51,584 nt of DNA from Deinococcales bacterium (GTDB lineage: Bacteria; Deinococcota; Deinococci; Deinococcales; JAAFIG01): contig JANNVX010000017.1 of the NCBI GenBank assembly GCA_031414595.1, forward strand, positions 1-51,584, read 5' to 3'. The notes under the pieces are model-generated. The model was not told where the DNA came from, did no database searches, and worked only from the letters and a program-made list of their open reading frames with translations. How positions within the stretch are numbered: position 1 is the first letter of the stretch; every line of letters begins with the position of its first letter. Both the position numbers and the translations under genes were made by a program. Below, one piece after another: positions 9,169 to 19,190 of the stretch.

Positions 9169-10410
9169 ATGTCCCTTAATCCAAAACGAACCATATCCGA
9201 ACTCAAAGAACTCCGCGCTTTAACAGGAAACACCGATGGCGCTCAGCGCGTGGCATTCACACCAACTTGGGTAGCAGCAAGGGATTTTCTAAAATCCAAA
9301 CTCGAGGGCTTACCAGTCGAAACCTCGCAGGATGAAGCGGGGAATTTGTGGGTAACTCTAAAAGGTGAATCCGAAAAGGAACTCTGGATTGGTGGGCATC
9401 TCGATAGCGTGCCGAACGGCGGTTGGCTCGATGGCTGCCTAAATGTGCTGGCGGGTCTCGAGGTGCTGCGCCGAATTTCAGACCAGTACAATGGTAAACC
9501 GCCGCTGACCGTCTGCTTAGTAGATTGGGCAGATGAAGAAGGCGCTCGTTTCGGACGGAGTTTATTTGGCTCGAGTGCCGTCTCTGGTTTTTTTGACCCC
9601 GAAGATTTACGCAACCGCACTGATAAAGATGGTATTCGGCTCGAGGACGCAGTTAAAGCGCATGGCATTGATTTAGACAAGGCACTTGAAGCTGGAAAAG
9701 CTGTAACCAAAGCCGCAGCCTACTTAGAATTGCACATTGAACAAGGTCCTGTTCTCGAGAAGCTGGGCTTGCCGCTTGGTGTGGTGCTAGGAACAAAAGG
9801 GGTGGAGCGTCACAGCATTACTTTTTTTGGTCAAGAAGCCCATTCTGGGAGTACCCCAATGAATGCTCGGCGTGATGCTCTGGGCGCAGCCGCCAAACTC
9901 TCGCTCGAGATTCGTGAGATTGCCAAGCAGCATTCAGACGCGGTTTGTACGGTTGGCAGCTTAAAAACGTTCCCCGGAATTGTTACTGCCGTGGTTGGGC
10001 GCTGCGAAATGACCCTAGACCAACGCGATTTAGATGCGACCGTGCTGGCTGGCATGTACAAATCGGCAGTTCTGGCATCAGAAAAATTTTCCCTAGAAGA
10101 AGGTTGTACGGTGCAGTGGAATAAAATTTGGTCTATCGAGCCGATACCATTTAATCCAAAACTGATTGAACTTTGCAATGATGCGATTCTCGAGACTTGT
10201 GGTGTAAGGCATGCTCTGCCCAGTGGTCCTCTGCACGACGCTGCCGAAATTGCTCGAGTTGGCATTCCAACGGTGATGATGTTCGTGCAGAGTTTACGCG
10301 GGATTTCGCATAATAAAATTGAAGATACTTTAGAAGAACACCTTGAATTATGCGTGGTGGCGTTTGATAAACTTGCTTCTAAGACCTTGGCTTGGTTACA
10401 GAATTCTTAA
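9169..10410 (+). CDS. Zn-dependent amidohydrolase, M20 hydantoinase/carbamoylase (allantoate amidohydrolase-like) family
   Basis: GGHLDSVPNGGWLDG, DEEGARFG, ELHIEQGP, SGPLHDA. Confidence 0.92.
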   Translation: MSLNPKRTISELKELRALTGNTDGAQRVAFTPTWVAARDFLKSKLEGLPVETSQDEAGNLWVTLKGESEKELWIGGHLDSVPNGGWLDGCLNVLAGLEVLRRISDQYNGKPPLTVCLVDWADEEGARFGRSLFGSSAVSGFFDPEDLRNRTDKDGIRLEDAVKAHGIDLDKALEAGKAVTKAAAYLELHIEQGPVLEKLGLPLGVVLGTKGVERHSITFFGQEAHSGSTPMNARRDALGAAAKLSLEIREIAKQHSDAVCTVGSLKTFPGIVTAVVGRCEMTLDQRDLDATVLAGMYKSAVLASEKFSLEEGCTVQWNKIWSIEPIPFNPKLIELCNDAILETCGVRHALPSGPLHDAAEIARVGIPTVMMFVQSLRGISHNKIEDTLEEHLELCVVAFDKLASKTLAWLQNS

Positions 10411-11483
10411 AGCATTGGGCGAATCGCGTTCATAAATGTTTCAAACCCAGCAAAATCAAGTTGCTGCTGATTGTCCGATAGCGCTGTAGCTGGGTCTGGG
10501 TGAACTTCGACATGCACACCATCCGCACCAACCGCCAGCGCAGCTTTGGCAAGAGGAATCAGAATATCGCGCCGTCCCGCCGCATGGGTCACATCTACAA
10601 TAATCGGGAGGTGTGTCTCGAGCTTAGCCACTGCCACCGCCGAGATGTCCAGTGTATTACGGGTGGCTTTTTCAAAGGTGCGGATGCCACGTTCGCACAA
10701 CACAATTTGGTCGTTGCCTTCGGAAAGAATGTACTCGGCAGTCAGCAACCACTCTTCGATGGTACTCGAGAAGCCGCGTTTTAACAGCACTGGTTTACCG
10801 CTTTTTCCAACTTCGCGCAGCAAGGCAAAATTCTGGGCGTTGCGTGTACCGACTTGCAGCATGTCGGCGTACTCGGCACAGACCGCCACATCGCGGGTGT
10901 CCATGACTTCGGCAACAAAGAGTAAGTCGTGTTCCCTTGCGGCTTTTGCCCCAATCTCGAGTCCGGGTACCCCCAGCCCTTGGAAACCATACGGGCTGGT
11001 GCGTGGTTTGTACGCCCCACCGCGAAACATCGTGATGCCATGGCGTTTGACAATTTCGGCAGCCTGCATGGTTTGCTCTAAACTCTCGATGCTGCACGGT
11101 CCGGCAATCATGGTTTTGACTCCGCCGCCAAATTGCACACTCAAACTGCCCCTCGAGATAACCACAGCGCTATCTTCGGGGTGCATTTTACGGCTGTATT
11201 TGAGTTTTGGTTTGTCTTCGCGTTCCTCTAAGTCTAAGGATGCCTTAAAAATTTCTTTGAAGAGTTGCTTAATCGTGCTGTTGGAAAACACGCCGGGGTT
11301 GGCTTTCTCGAGCGCCTCGAGCATAACGGACTCGCGTTTTGGGTCAAAGTGAGTGATTCCCATTTCGGTTTGTCTTGCCCCAATTTTTTTGACAATTTCG
11401 GCGCGTTTAGAAAGGGCGGCTAGAATCTCGAGGTTGATGTTGTCTACTTCATTGCGAAGTTCGGCGATGGTTTGGTCAGTCAT
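10407..11483 (-). CDS. aroF: Bifunctional chorismate mutase / DAHP synthase
   Basis: N-terminal AroQ domain (LRNEVDNINLEIL), IAGPCSIES, RGGAYKPRTSPY, LCERGIRTFE. Confidence 0.93.
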   Translation of the reverse strand: MTDQTIAELRNEVDNINLEILAALSKRAEIVKKIGARQTEMGITHFDPKRESVMLEALEKANPGVFSNSTIKQLFKEIFKASLDLEEREDKPKLKYSRKMHPEDSAVVISRGSLSVQFGGGVKTMIAGPCSIESLEQTMQAAEIVKRHGITMFRGGAYKPRTSPYGFQGLGVPGLEIGAKAAREHDLLFVAEVMDTRDVAVCAEYADMLQVGTRNAQNFALLREVGKSGKPVLLKRGFSSTIEEWLLTAEYILSEGNDQIVLCERGIRTFEKATRNTLDISAVAVAKLETHLPIIVDVTHAAGRRDILIPLAKAALAVGADGVHVEVHPDPATALSDNQQQLDFAGFETFMNAIRPML

Positions 11484-11518
11484 GATGGTTTCCTTATCGA
11501 AAGATTGCTTTTACCAAT

Positions 11519-11577
11519 AAAAAACTTCGGCGTGAGCCGAAGCAAAAAGGCATCCCGAGTTGTGTCTCTCGAGTGCC
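11519..11577 (-). promoter_or_regulatory. Attenuator: two terminator-like hairpins in the aroF leader
   Basis: Minus strand GGCACTCGAG..CTCGGGATGCC-TTTTT and CTTCGGC-TCAC-GCCGAAG-TTTTTT. Confidence 0.65.
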
Positions 11578-11607
11578 TTATCTTGTATACCAATTTGCGT
11601 TTTGCAT
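11578..11607 (-). CDS. Putative leader peptide MQNANWYTR
   Basis: 10-codon ORF with adjacent Trp-Tyr codons, -10-like TAGTTT 6 nt upstream, directly before a terminator hairpin. Confidence 0.6.
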   Translation of the reverse strand: MQNANWYTR

Positions 11608-11638
11608 GGTTAAAAACTATCTTGCTTTAGTGGTTTTG

Positions 11639-12436
11639 TCAAGCCTCGTCGTTGTCCTCGAGTAAACCTTTGGCGGCAAGCACCGCATTTTGACGCTCCG
11701 CCATTCGTGCCAACCAAATCCCAAATTCGTACAAAATGATTAAGGGAACACTGATGATGGCTAAGTTTACTGGGTCGCTCGAAGGTGTGGCAAAAGCAGC
11801 CACCACCACAATTGCAAAGACGGCAATTCGGCGTTGATTGATAAAAAACAGGCTCGAGATAATACCGATTTTTGCCAGTAAAAACATAATCACGGGCAAT
11901 TGAAACAAAATCCCAAACATCACCAACGGGGTAATCACATCACTGATGTAATCGCCAATTGGCAAGGTGGTTTTTACACCGGGTAAAAATCCGATTAAAA
12001 ACTGCATTGCGGCGGGTAAGGCGACAAAGTAGGCAAAGGCAATTCCAGCCAAGAAAGCGGCTACCGAACCAAAAATAAATGGAAAGGCATAACCGCGTTC
12101 ACGTTTGGTTAATCCCGGAGCAACAAAAGCCCAAAGTTGGTAAATCAGCATCGGCATGGCAAAAATCAGACCGCCAACTGCTGCCACCAAAAACGAAGCC
12201 GATAATTGCTCGGTGATTCGCAAAGAAATAATTTCAACCTCGAGTCCTTTTCCTTTGGTATAGACTTCGAGCGGACGTTTGAGTAATTCAATCGCAAAAC
12301 CCAGATTGGCAAAAGTAACCACTCCGCCAGCAATCCATGCAACGGCGCTCCAAATAATCCGTAAGCGCAATTCCTCGAGATGATCGAGCAAAGGCGCTTC
12401 CTTAAAAGTTTCGTTTGGTATTTCCCTGGTTGCCAT
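11639..12436 (-). CDS. tatC: Twin-arginine translocase subunit TatC
   Basis: PLLDHLEELRLR, QLWAFVAPGL, FQLP. Confidence 0.97.
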   Translation of the reverse strand: MATREIPNETFKEAPLLDHLEELRLRIIWSAVAWIAGGVVTFANLGFAIELLKRPLEVYTKGKGLEVEIISLRITEQLSASFLVAAVGGLIFAMPMLIYQLWAFVAPGLTKRERGYAFPFIFGSVAAFLAGIAFAYFVALPAAMQFLIGFLPGVKTTLPIGDYISDVITPLVMFGILFQLPVIMFLLAKIGIISSLFFINQRRIAVFAIVVVAAFATPSSDPVNLAIISVPLIILYEFGIWLARMAERQNAVLAAKGLLEDNDEA

Positions 12437-12442
12437 GCGGCA

Positions 12443-12649
12443 TTACGCCTTATCAGTCGAAGGGGCTGTAGGCTTTGGTTCATCCTTAAAGCTATCGTCA
12501 AGTTCGGCGCGGATGTCCTTGCCAGCTTTACGAAATTCACGGATGCCTTGTCCGAGTCCTTTGCCCAGTTCTGGCAAGCGTTTTGCACCAAAAAATACAA
12601 GCGCAAGTAACAAGATTACGATAATTTCGAGGGGTCCTAAGTTTGGCAT
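12443..12649 (-). CDS. tatA: Twin-arginine translocase TatA/TatE
   Basis: LGPLEII..FFGAKRLPELGKGLGQGIREFRK. Confidence 0.97.
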   Translation of the reverse strand: MPNLGPLEIIVILLLALVFFGAKRLPELGKGLGQGIREFRKAGKDIRAELDDSFKDEPKPTAPSTDKA

Positions 12650-12752
12650 GGTGGTTCTCCTTTTGAATCAGTTTTGAGTGGCTTCTTCATCTGCTCATCA
12701 AATCGTACTCGTCTTTTGTGAACTTCAGATGGAGTTTTGACCCAATTTGTTC

Positions 12753-14189
12753 CTAACTTGGTTTACGTGACTCGAGCCACTTTCGGATGATGGGCAATTT
12801 ATTTGCTTTAGCTGACTCGAGTTTTTTGCCCCAGTATTTGACCGCCCAACCTTCCAAGGTCTTTTGAGTGGTTCGAGTGACCCCAAGTGCGCCATCTGAT
12901 ACATCGGTGGTGATAGTGCTGCCAGCCGCAACAAATGCCCCTTGGTGAATCGTCACGGGTGCAACAAGCGTGACGTTCGTGCCAATAAAAGCGCCATCTA
13001 AAATCGTAGTTCGGAATTTGTCCAGTCCGTCATAATTAGCCGTGATTGCCCCTGCCGAAAAATTGACTTCACGTCCGACATTGGCATCACCGATGTACGC
13101 CAAATGCCCAGCTTTTGCCCCCTCGAGCAAATGTGAATTTTTAATTTCTACAAAATTACCGACATGCACATCCGCCTCGAGAATTGTGCCTGCACGGATT
13201 CTGGCAAAAGGTCCAACATCCGAACCGCCACGCAGAACTGCGCCCTCGAGAACACTGTGAGGTTTGACATAAACCACCCCTTCAAGCCGACAATCCGTAA
13301 TGATGCTGTATGCACCAATTTGGCTACCAGAAGCAATACTGGTTTGACCGTTTAGAATTACGCCCTGCTCGAGAATCACATCGTTACCAATGGTCACAGT
13401 ATCATCTATGTAAATGGTGCTTGGGTCACGCATCGTCACCCCATTTTTCATGTGCCAAATGCGAAGGCGGTCTCGCAGGGTCTTATCGGCGGCTGCCAGT
13501 TGCACACGGTCATTGCTGCCCTCGAGTTCGGAACTGTCGGCAATTTGTGCTAGAACCGCTTTGTTGTTTAGGCGGTACAACTCGAGAATATCGGTTAGGT
13601 AATACTCTTTGGCGCTGTTGCTGTTGCCAATTTGGGCAGCCAACTCAAAAGCACTCGAGTCAAAAATATACATCCCAGAGTTCCATTCGGTAATGGCTTT
13701 TTCAGATTCGGTGGTGGCTTTTTGTTCAACAATCCGCAGCACCTCTCCCCTGTCGTCGCGCACAATTCGTCCGTAACCTGTTGCGTCCTCGAGTATCCCC
13801 GTAATCACAGTCATACCAGCCTTGGCACTGCGATGGGCTTCAAGGGCAGATTGTAAGGTCTCGAGCCTCATCAGTGGCGTATCGCCATACAACACAAAAA
13901 TATCGCCTGTATGACCCGCGAGGGCAACTTTGGCACATAAGAACGCGTGGGCAGTGCCAAGTTGTTCGGTTTGCCGTGCAAAGACCACAGGTTCGGCGGC
14001 AAAATAGCTTTCGATGGCTTCTGCGCCATGTCCGGTAATCACCACAATTTGGCTCGGCTCGAGTTGCTTAGCCCGTTCAATCACATGCCCTAAAAGTGGT
14101 CTACCAGCCGCCTGATGCAGCATTTTTGGCAAGCTACTTTTCATCCGTGTGCCTTGTCCAGCCGCTAAAATCACAACCGCGAGGCTCAT
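12753..14189 (-). CDS. glmU: Bifunctional UDP-GlcNAc diphosphorylase / GlcN-1-P acetyltransferase
   Basis: ILAAGQGTRMKS, EYYLTD, GPFA, GNFVEIK; start ATG 14189 overlaps lgt stop. Confidence 0.97.
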   Translation of the reverse strand: MSLAVVILAAGQGTRMKSSLPKMLHQAAGRPLLGHVIERAKQLEPSQIVVITGHGAEAIESYFAAEPVVFARQTEQLGTAHAFLCAKVALAGHTGDIFVLYGDTPLMRLETLQSALEAHRSAKAGMTVITGILEDATGYGRIVRDDRGEVLRIVEQKATTESEKAITEWNSGMYIFDSSAFELAAQIGNSNSAKEYYLTDILELYRLNNKAVLAQIADSSELEGSNDRVQLAAADKTLRDRLRIWHMKNGVTMRDPSTIYIDDTVTIGNDVILEQGVILNGQTSIASGSQIGAYSIITDCRLEGVVYVKPHSVLEGAVLRGGSDVGPFARIRAGTILEADVHVGNFVEIKNSHLLEGAKAGHLAYIGDANVGREVNFSAGAITANYDGLDKFRTTILDGAFIGTNVTLVAPVTIHQGAFVAAGSTITTDVSDGALGVTRTTQKTLEGWAVKYWGKKLESAKANKLPIIRKWLESRKPS

Positions 14190-15202
14190 ACTTTTGGCAA
14201 CTCCACGGCAGCACTCGAGACTAAAGGCTTGTCTGGATTTGAGGCATGTTCTTCCCAAGGTTGCTCAGGTTGATTTTTAATGCGCTGCAACATGATTAAA
14301 CTAATAATAATTAAGGGGATACTAAATAATTGTGTGGTAGTAAAGAAAAACATCCCGATGTCGTCGTTTTGATAGACTTTGAAGCCGCCGCTATTAAGCC
14401 TAAATGTTTCCTCGATTCCAGCCCGCATGATGCTGTACCAAAGAATCGTGTTCCAAAAAACCCAACCAGGGCGGCGTGAGCGCATCCAGTAAAAAATAGC
14501 AATCAAGAGTGCTACGCCAATAAAAACGCCATAAATCTGGGTCAAATGGACAGGACCACGCAAGTATTCAACCCCAGCTTGGCAAAGTGGCGAAACCGAA
14601 ACCTCGCCAGAAGCGGGTTTGCATAAGCCCGGCATTCCAGCCCAGTTGCGTTCGGCTTTGAAAATCCCTAAAATATCTTCACCCCAACCGGGGAACGTCC
14701 AACCAACTGGCAGGGTGGTAATTCGTCCGATGGTGTCTGCACCGTTAAAGAAGTTGCCTAAACGCCCGCCAATAATGCCTAAAGCCAAACCGGGAGCATA
14801 CAAATCTATATACTGGTAAAAGTTGATTTTATAGCGCCGAGCGTAATAAATCAGCACCAAAATACCAAGAATCACACCCCCGTGAATGGATAAGCCACCC
14901 TCGCGGATGTTGGCTATTTTACCTAACCAAGTAAAAGCTGTATCAGTTGATGTATACGCAAAATTACTTGGGCTGGTCAGGACATACCCAATCCGAGCGC
15001 CAACCACCCCCCAAACGACCGACCAGAACACCATGTCAGACAGTAAATTGCCATCTAAGCCACGCCGCTCGGCGACTTTGGTAGCAATCACTGCCCCAAT
15101 CATCACGCCCATGGTGATTAAAACACCATACCAAGCAATGGAGAAATTACTAAGGAACGGAATAAAAAAATTATCAGGGAGCTTAAAAAGTTCGGGATGC
15201 AC
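14186..15202 (-). CDS. lgt: Prolipoprotein diacylglyceryl transferase
   Basis: WYG, GARIGYV, GGLSIHGG, GRLGNFFN. Confidence 0.95.
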   Translation of the reverse strand: MHPELFKLPDNFFIPFLSNFSIAWYGVLITMGVMIGAVIATKVAERRGLDGNLLSDMVFWSVVWGVVGARIGYVLTSPSNFAYTSTDTAFTWLGKIANIREGGLSIHGGVILGILVLIYYARRYKINFYQYIDLYAPGLALGIIGGRLGNFFNGADTIGRITTLPVGWTFPGWGEDILGIFKAERNWAGMPGLCKPASGEVSVSPLCQAGVEYLRGPVHLTQIYGVFIGVALLIAIFYWMRSRRPGWVFWNTILWYSIMRAGIEETFRLNSGGFKVYQNDDIGMFFFTTTQLFSIPLIIISLIMLQRIKNQPEQPWEEHASNPDKPLVSSAAVELPKV

Positions 15203-15284
15203 CTGTTAATTATAAACTGCTTTGTGAGTCATTGTTCAGAGACAAAAAAGTCTCGAGAAAGTAAATCTCGAGACCGAGTCTGGG

Positions 15285-15896
15285 TTATTGCCAAGCGATG
15301 GTGTTTAAGCCCTCAAAGTTACTTAAGGTTATTTTTCCATAGCCACTTTCGATGACACCTTCCCTAGATAATTCACCAATCACTTTGGTGACGGTTTCAC
15401 GCACACTACCAACGGCGGCGGCTAGTTCATCGTGGGTGGCATAGACTTGTTGTTGTCCACTTTCGGTGATGCTGCCTAGGGCAGTGTCGGACATTTCTAT
15501 TAATGCGGCGGCAATTCTCGAGCGCAGGCGTTTGGTGGCAAGTCTTTGAATGGTTAAATACGTGCCGCTCAGGGCTTTGGCTAAACAGATGTTGAGATTA
15601 GCAGCTATTTCTGGGGTGATTAAGTTGACATGAAACATCTCGACAAGGCTTTCGGTGACACTTTCGGCAAAATGGTCTCGCTCGAGACCAGCCAAGGCTT
15701 CTTCGCCAAAAAATTGTCCGGGTTTAATGTAGCGCAAAGTCAGACTATTGCCCTCATCATCCATGGTGTGTAGGCGCACCAAACCACTTTTGACGCGGTA
15801 AATCATTTCGGCTCTTCCAGGATAAAGTACGATTGCACCTGAGCGGTATTGAATTGTATCCATGTTATTTCGTGGGCGTTCAAGAATTATAGCCAT
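15285..15896 (-). CDS. ddrI: Crp/Fnr family regulator, DdrI/LdrP-like
   Basis: YRVKSGLVRLHTMDDEGNSLTLRY, THDELAAAVGSVRETVTKVIGEL; AGGAG RBS before ATG 15896. Confidence 0.8.
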   Translation of the reverse strand: MAIILERPRNNMDTIQYRSGAIVLYPGRAEMIYRVKSGLVRLHTMDDEGNSLTLRYIKPGQFFGEEALAGLERDHFAESVTESLVEMFHVNLITPEIAANLNICLAKALSGTYLTIQRLATKRLRSRIAAALIEMSDTALGSITESGQQQVYATHDELAAAVGSVRETVTKVIGELSREGVIESGYGKITLSNFEGLNTIAWQ

Positions 15897-16265
15897 AAAG
15901 AACTCCTTTGTTTGTCTAAAGAAAGTGTTTTTCCTAAGACTGAGTGTATGAATATGCGTATGAATTTGCAAACAAGAATGTTTTCTTATTCACGAAAAAA
16001 TTTACGCCAACCCACAATTAACTTGTGGGTCACGGCATCATTCAGAAAGTAACAAAAGCTACAAAGTTTATCAATTCTTTAACAGTGCAACACGGTAAAT
16101 AGAAACCCATTCAGGTTGTACATCAAGGAAAAAATTCGTCTGGCAGATGTTTTTTTGCGAACTGTAAGAAAAGTATCTTTTCGAGAGTAAAATACAATTG
16201 AATTCGTCAATAACGACAAAAATTATTCAAAAGTCAGCTTTATTGCTCAAAATTTGTAATCCAAG

Positions 16266-16895
16266 CTACACTAAACGCGATTCTGCCCAAACCCGAAAAT
16301 TCTCGAGCATTTTTAGACCCACTGCCTGAGATTTTTCTGGATGAAACTGAGTCGCATGAAGACAGCCACTCGAGACTAGACTCACAAATGGCAAACCATA
16401 ATCAGTTATCGCACCAACCGCTACTGCCTCGGCTGGCACGTAAAATGAATGCACAAAATAGGCAAAAGCATCCGCCTCCAGACCCAACAACAACGGACTA
16501 TTGCCCACAGCCTGCAACTTATTCCACTGCATTTGCGGTACGGGCAAACCCTTAGGAAAACGCTTCAAATAGCCTTCAAGTAAACCAAGCCCAGCAATTG
16601 CCGATTCTTCGCTGCCTTGATACAAAATTTGCATTCCCACACAGATTCCCAAAAAAGCCTTATTAGAAGCGATATGCGCCCGCAGCACCGATTCAAAACC
16701 CGAGGCACTAAACGCTTCCATGACCTGACGAAAGTGACCCTGCCCCGGCAACACCAAGGCATCGGCATCAAGCGCATCTTGTGGATTGCTCGAGACCAGC
16801 AAAGTATGACCATGACTATTAAAACCAGCCACCTCGAGTGCCTTGGCGGCACTGTGCAAATTGCCCGAGCCATAATCAATCAGCAGTGTTTTCAT
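16266..16895 (-). CDS. hisH: Imidazole glycerol phosphate synthase subunit HisH
   Basis: IDYGSGNL, LGICVGMQ, YFVHSF, QFHPEKS. Confidence 0.96.
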   Translation of the reverse strand: MKTLLIDYGSGNLHSAAKALEVAGFNSHGHTLLVSSNPQDALDADALVLPGQGHFRQVMEAFSASGFESVLRAHIASNKAFLGICVGMQILYQGSEESAIAGLGLLEGYLKRFPKGLPVPQMQWNKLQAVGNSPLLLGLEADAFAYFVHSFYVPAEAVAVGAITDYGLPFVSLVSSGCLHATQFHPEKSQAVGLKMLENFRVWAESRLV

Positions 16896-17178
16896 GAGGC
16901 AGAGTATATTGCAAATCACAGCCAGTATATTGAAGAACTTAAGCAGCTTGGGCATTGACCTCGAGTAAAAGCAACAATCGTAATGCAGGACTTGACTATC
17001 TCGAGCCTAAGCACAGGCGTTAAGCTCGAGACTTGGTTTTTAGGAGCATTCGGGGCAACGTAATGCTAGGGTTGGTTGGACAAGCTATCAATACTGCGTT
17101 TAGGCGCAAGCCAAGTAAAAATCGGTTTTTTATGGTACTCATTTTAATAAATGTGTCCTCGAGTTTATAACCACAGCA

Positions 17179-17299
17179 GTGTTCTACACTCGGAAACGGC
17201 TGCACTCAACAATTGGCTACAAATCGCCTACTGTGTTCGAGGGAAACAGGACTCAAGCTCAAGTACCGACCTTCAAGTCCACGACATCTTGGCAATTCA
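17179..17299 (+). mobile_element. IS3-family remnant (transposase C-terminus plus right end)
   Basis: FYTRKRLHSTIGYKSP matches the IS3 integrase-core C-terminal motif; followed by GTCCACGACATCTTGGCAATTCA, resembling an IS3 IRR ending in CA. Confidence 0.7.
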
Positions 17300-17370
17300 A
17301 ACTTCGGTTAAATGACCCATTGCTGAATACAAAAATACAATGGGTTATTGCTTTTCTATGCGTGAACGAT

Positions 17371-17784
17371 TTAATTTGTGTCTTCATGATGCTCAAATTG
17401 TTGAACTTGTACTGGCATAACTGATAATGGGTTTACTTGTAAAGCAGGGATGAGTTGATCGGCAGAATGCTGAAATGTAACTATAAATGTTGGACGTGCA
17501 AACCATCGCATCCACTTAGGAGGGTAATGTTTTTCGATTTTTAGAATTTTCGGAAAAAACACTTTCAGCACTTGAATACAAAATTGAGGCGAACATGGAT
17601 AGTTTCTCATTATTGTACGCGATTTGAATGTTGAAACACCCGCCAAATCCTCTACAATAACGAGTTTGCTATCACCTCGAAATAAAACGTCACTGACTAG
17701 TCGCATTAGAAACCGTTTTAACTGGTCCTGTTCATTCTGAATATTCTCACGCAAATACTGCATTTCCAAATTACTTTCAAACAT
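17371..17784 (-). CDS. Hypothetical protein
   Basis: 137-aa ORF with AAGGGG RBS-like motif upstream; no recognised domain. Confidence 0.5.
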   Translation of the reverse strand: MFESNLEMQYLRENIQNEQDQLKRFLMRLVSDVLFRGDSKLVIVEDLAGVSTFKSRTIMRNYPCSPQFCIQVLKVFFPKILKIEKHYPPKWMRWFARPTFIVTFQHSADQLIPALQVNPLSVMPVQVQQFEHHEDTN

Positions 17785-18205
17785 AAATCCCCTTATCTAA
17801 CCACTCTGCTCACAAGAAGTTTTTGAATAGTCAAGGTCTGTTGCGCCCTCGAGGGTTGCCATAAAATGCGTCTACATTCGCTTGTGGTATCCATTTGGGC
17901 ATTTGCTACTCCTTTTGGTGCATGTGGTTTGATTCAGTGACCATCTTGTTTTGGTGTGCATTGTGAAGGTAGCACGAGACTACCCACCAACGACCCACCA
18001 AGAAAAACAGGCGCGTGATGATTGTATTTAATTTGAGTCTGATATTATTAAATTTTATGCTTGTTGTGGATACGTTCAGCTAACTCGAGAATCTGAAAAA
18101 TAGCAAATTTTTGGCGGTGGGAGGTCTGCACAGTCCCGACCGACTCGAGACCTCCCGCCTACTTATTTAACCCAATAAATCTTGGCTTGTGAACTGGCAA
18201 AACCA

Positions 18206-19093
18206 CTACTTTTGCAAAACTGGTGTTTTCGCTACTTTTGCAATAATCTCGTACTGAAGAGCTTTTGCGATCAACTCGGTGCGATTCTTGGCTTGCAATT
18301 TTTTTCTGGCAGTCTCGAGCCGACCGCGTACTCCATTTTCGGATAATCCTAAAATAATTCCCATTTTTCGGTCACTGTGTCCGACTGCAAGAAGTTTTAG
18401 AACCTCGAGTTCTTTGATTGTCAGGTCTGGGTTGGTTGGGTTTTTGACTTCTGGTTCTGGGGTTTCGATAAAATTTTTAATCGCTTCGGGATTCACAAAA
18501 ATCTCGGGTTTATGGTCTTCTTGTAATCGAATCAAGGTATTTTGCCATGCCACAGGGTTCTCGAGCGCACAGACTTTGGTTATTCCAACCCCCAGCCAGT
18601 AGGTAGCCGCCGCACTGCCAAGAATATTGACAACCCAAGCAAAAATGCTGCCCTTCTCGAGCATGGTCGGTAACATCGCTGCTCCTGCCGCAGCGCATAA
18701 TCCACCAATAATCGCACTGGGAATCGTGGCTTTCCAGCCAAAGCGCATTCCAATGATGCTCGAGATACCACCAGCAATGCCCACAGCTTGGAAAGCAATT
18801 GGTAGTGAAACCCCGCCAAGCAGCATGGTGATGCCAACGCTCAGGCTTGAACCGAGGATAATGCCACTGATTGCCCCAAAGCTCGAAAGACTTTGATGGC
18901 GCAATAACAAATAGCCACAATAAGTAATGACAGCCGCAACCATCGGTCCGATTAAGCCTAAGTATGGGCTGAGGGTATCGGATTTACTGCATATGGCGAC
19001 ACTGGCGTATCCAATGGCGGTGATGACCGCAAGTTGTACCGAAAATGGTATGGTTACCCGAGTCAGCGCGGGTCGGCGCGTGCTTAAAAACAT
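18206..19093 (-). CDS. Multi-TM protein with C-terminal LuxR-type HTH
   Basis: About 6 hydrophobic segments then LTIKELEVLKLLAVGHSDRKMGIILGLSENGV...KKLQAKNRTEL; GGAGG RBS before ATG 19093. Confidence 0.85.
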   Translation of the reverse strand: MFLSTRRPALTRVTIPFSVQLAVITAIGYASVAICSKSDTLSPYLGLIGPMVAAVITYCGYLLLRHQSLSSFGAISGIILGSSLSVGITMLLGGVSLPIAFQAVGIAGGISSIIGMRFGWKATIPSAIIGGLCAAAGAAMLPTMLEKGSIFAWVVNILGSAAATYWLGVGITKVCALENPVAWQNTLIRLQEDHKPEIFVNPEAIKNFIETPEPEVKNPTNPDLTIKELEVLKLLAVGHSDRKMGIILGLSENGVRGRLETARKKLQAKNRTELIAKALQYEIIAKVAKTPVLQK

Positions 19094-19190
19094 GGTTTTC
19101 CTCCGTAACCACAAGTATGCCAAAAAGATGACAATTGAAAGGTCACTGAATCAGGGTGTTTATAGCTTTATATAGTAACTTTAGTCTAGG

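Noticed and set aside
10546-11352. 268-aa plus-strand ORF and similar long antisense ORFs elsewhere (e.g. 45756-46448)
   Set aside because: Antisense shadows of well-supported conserved genes.
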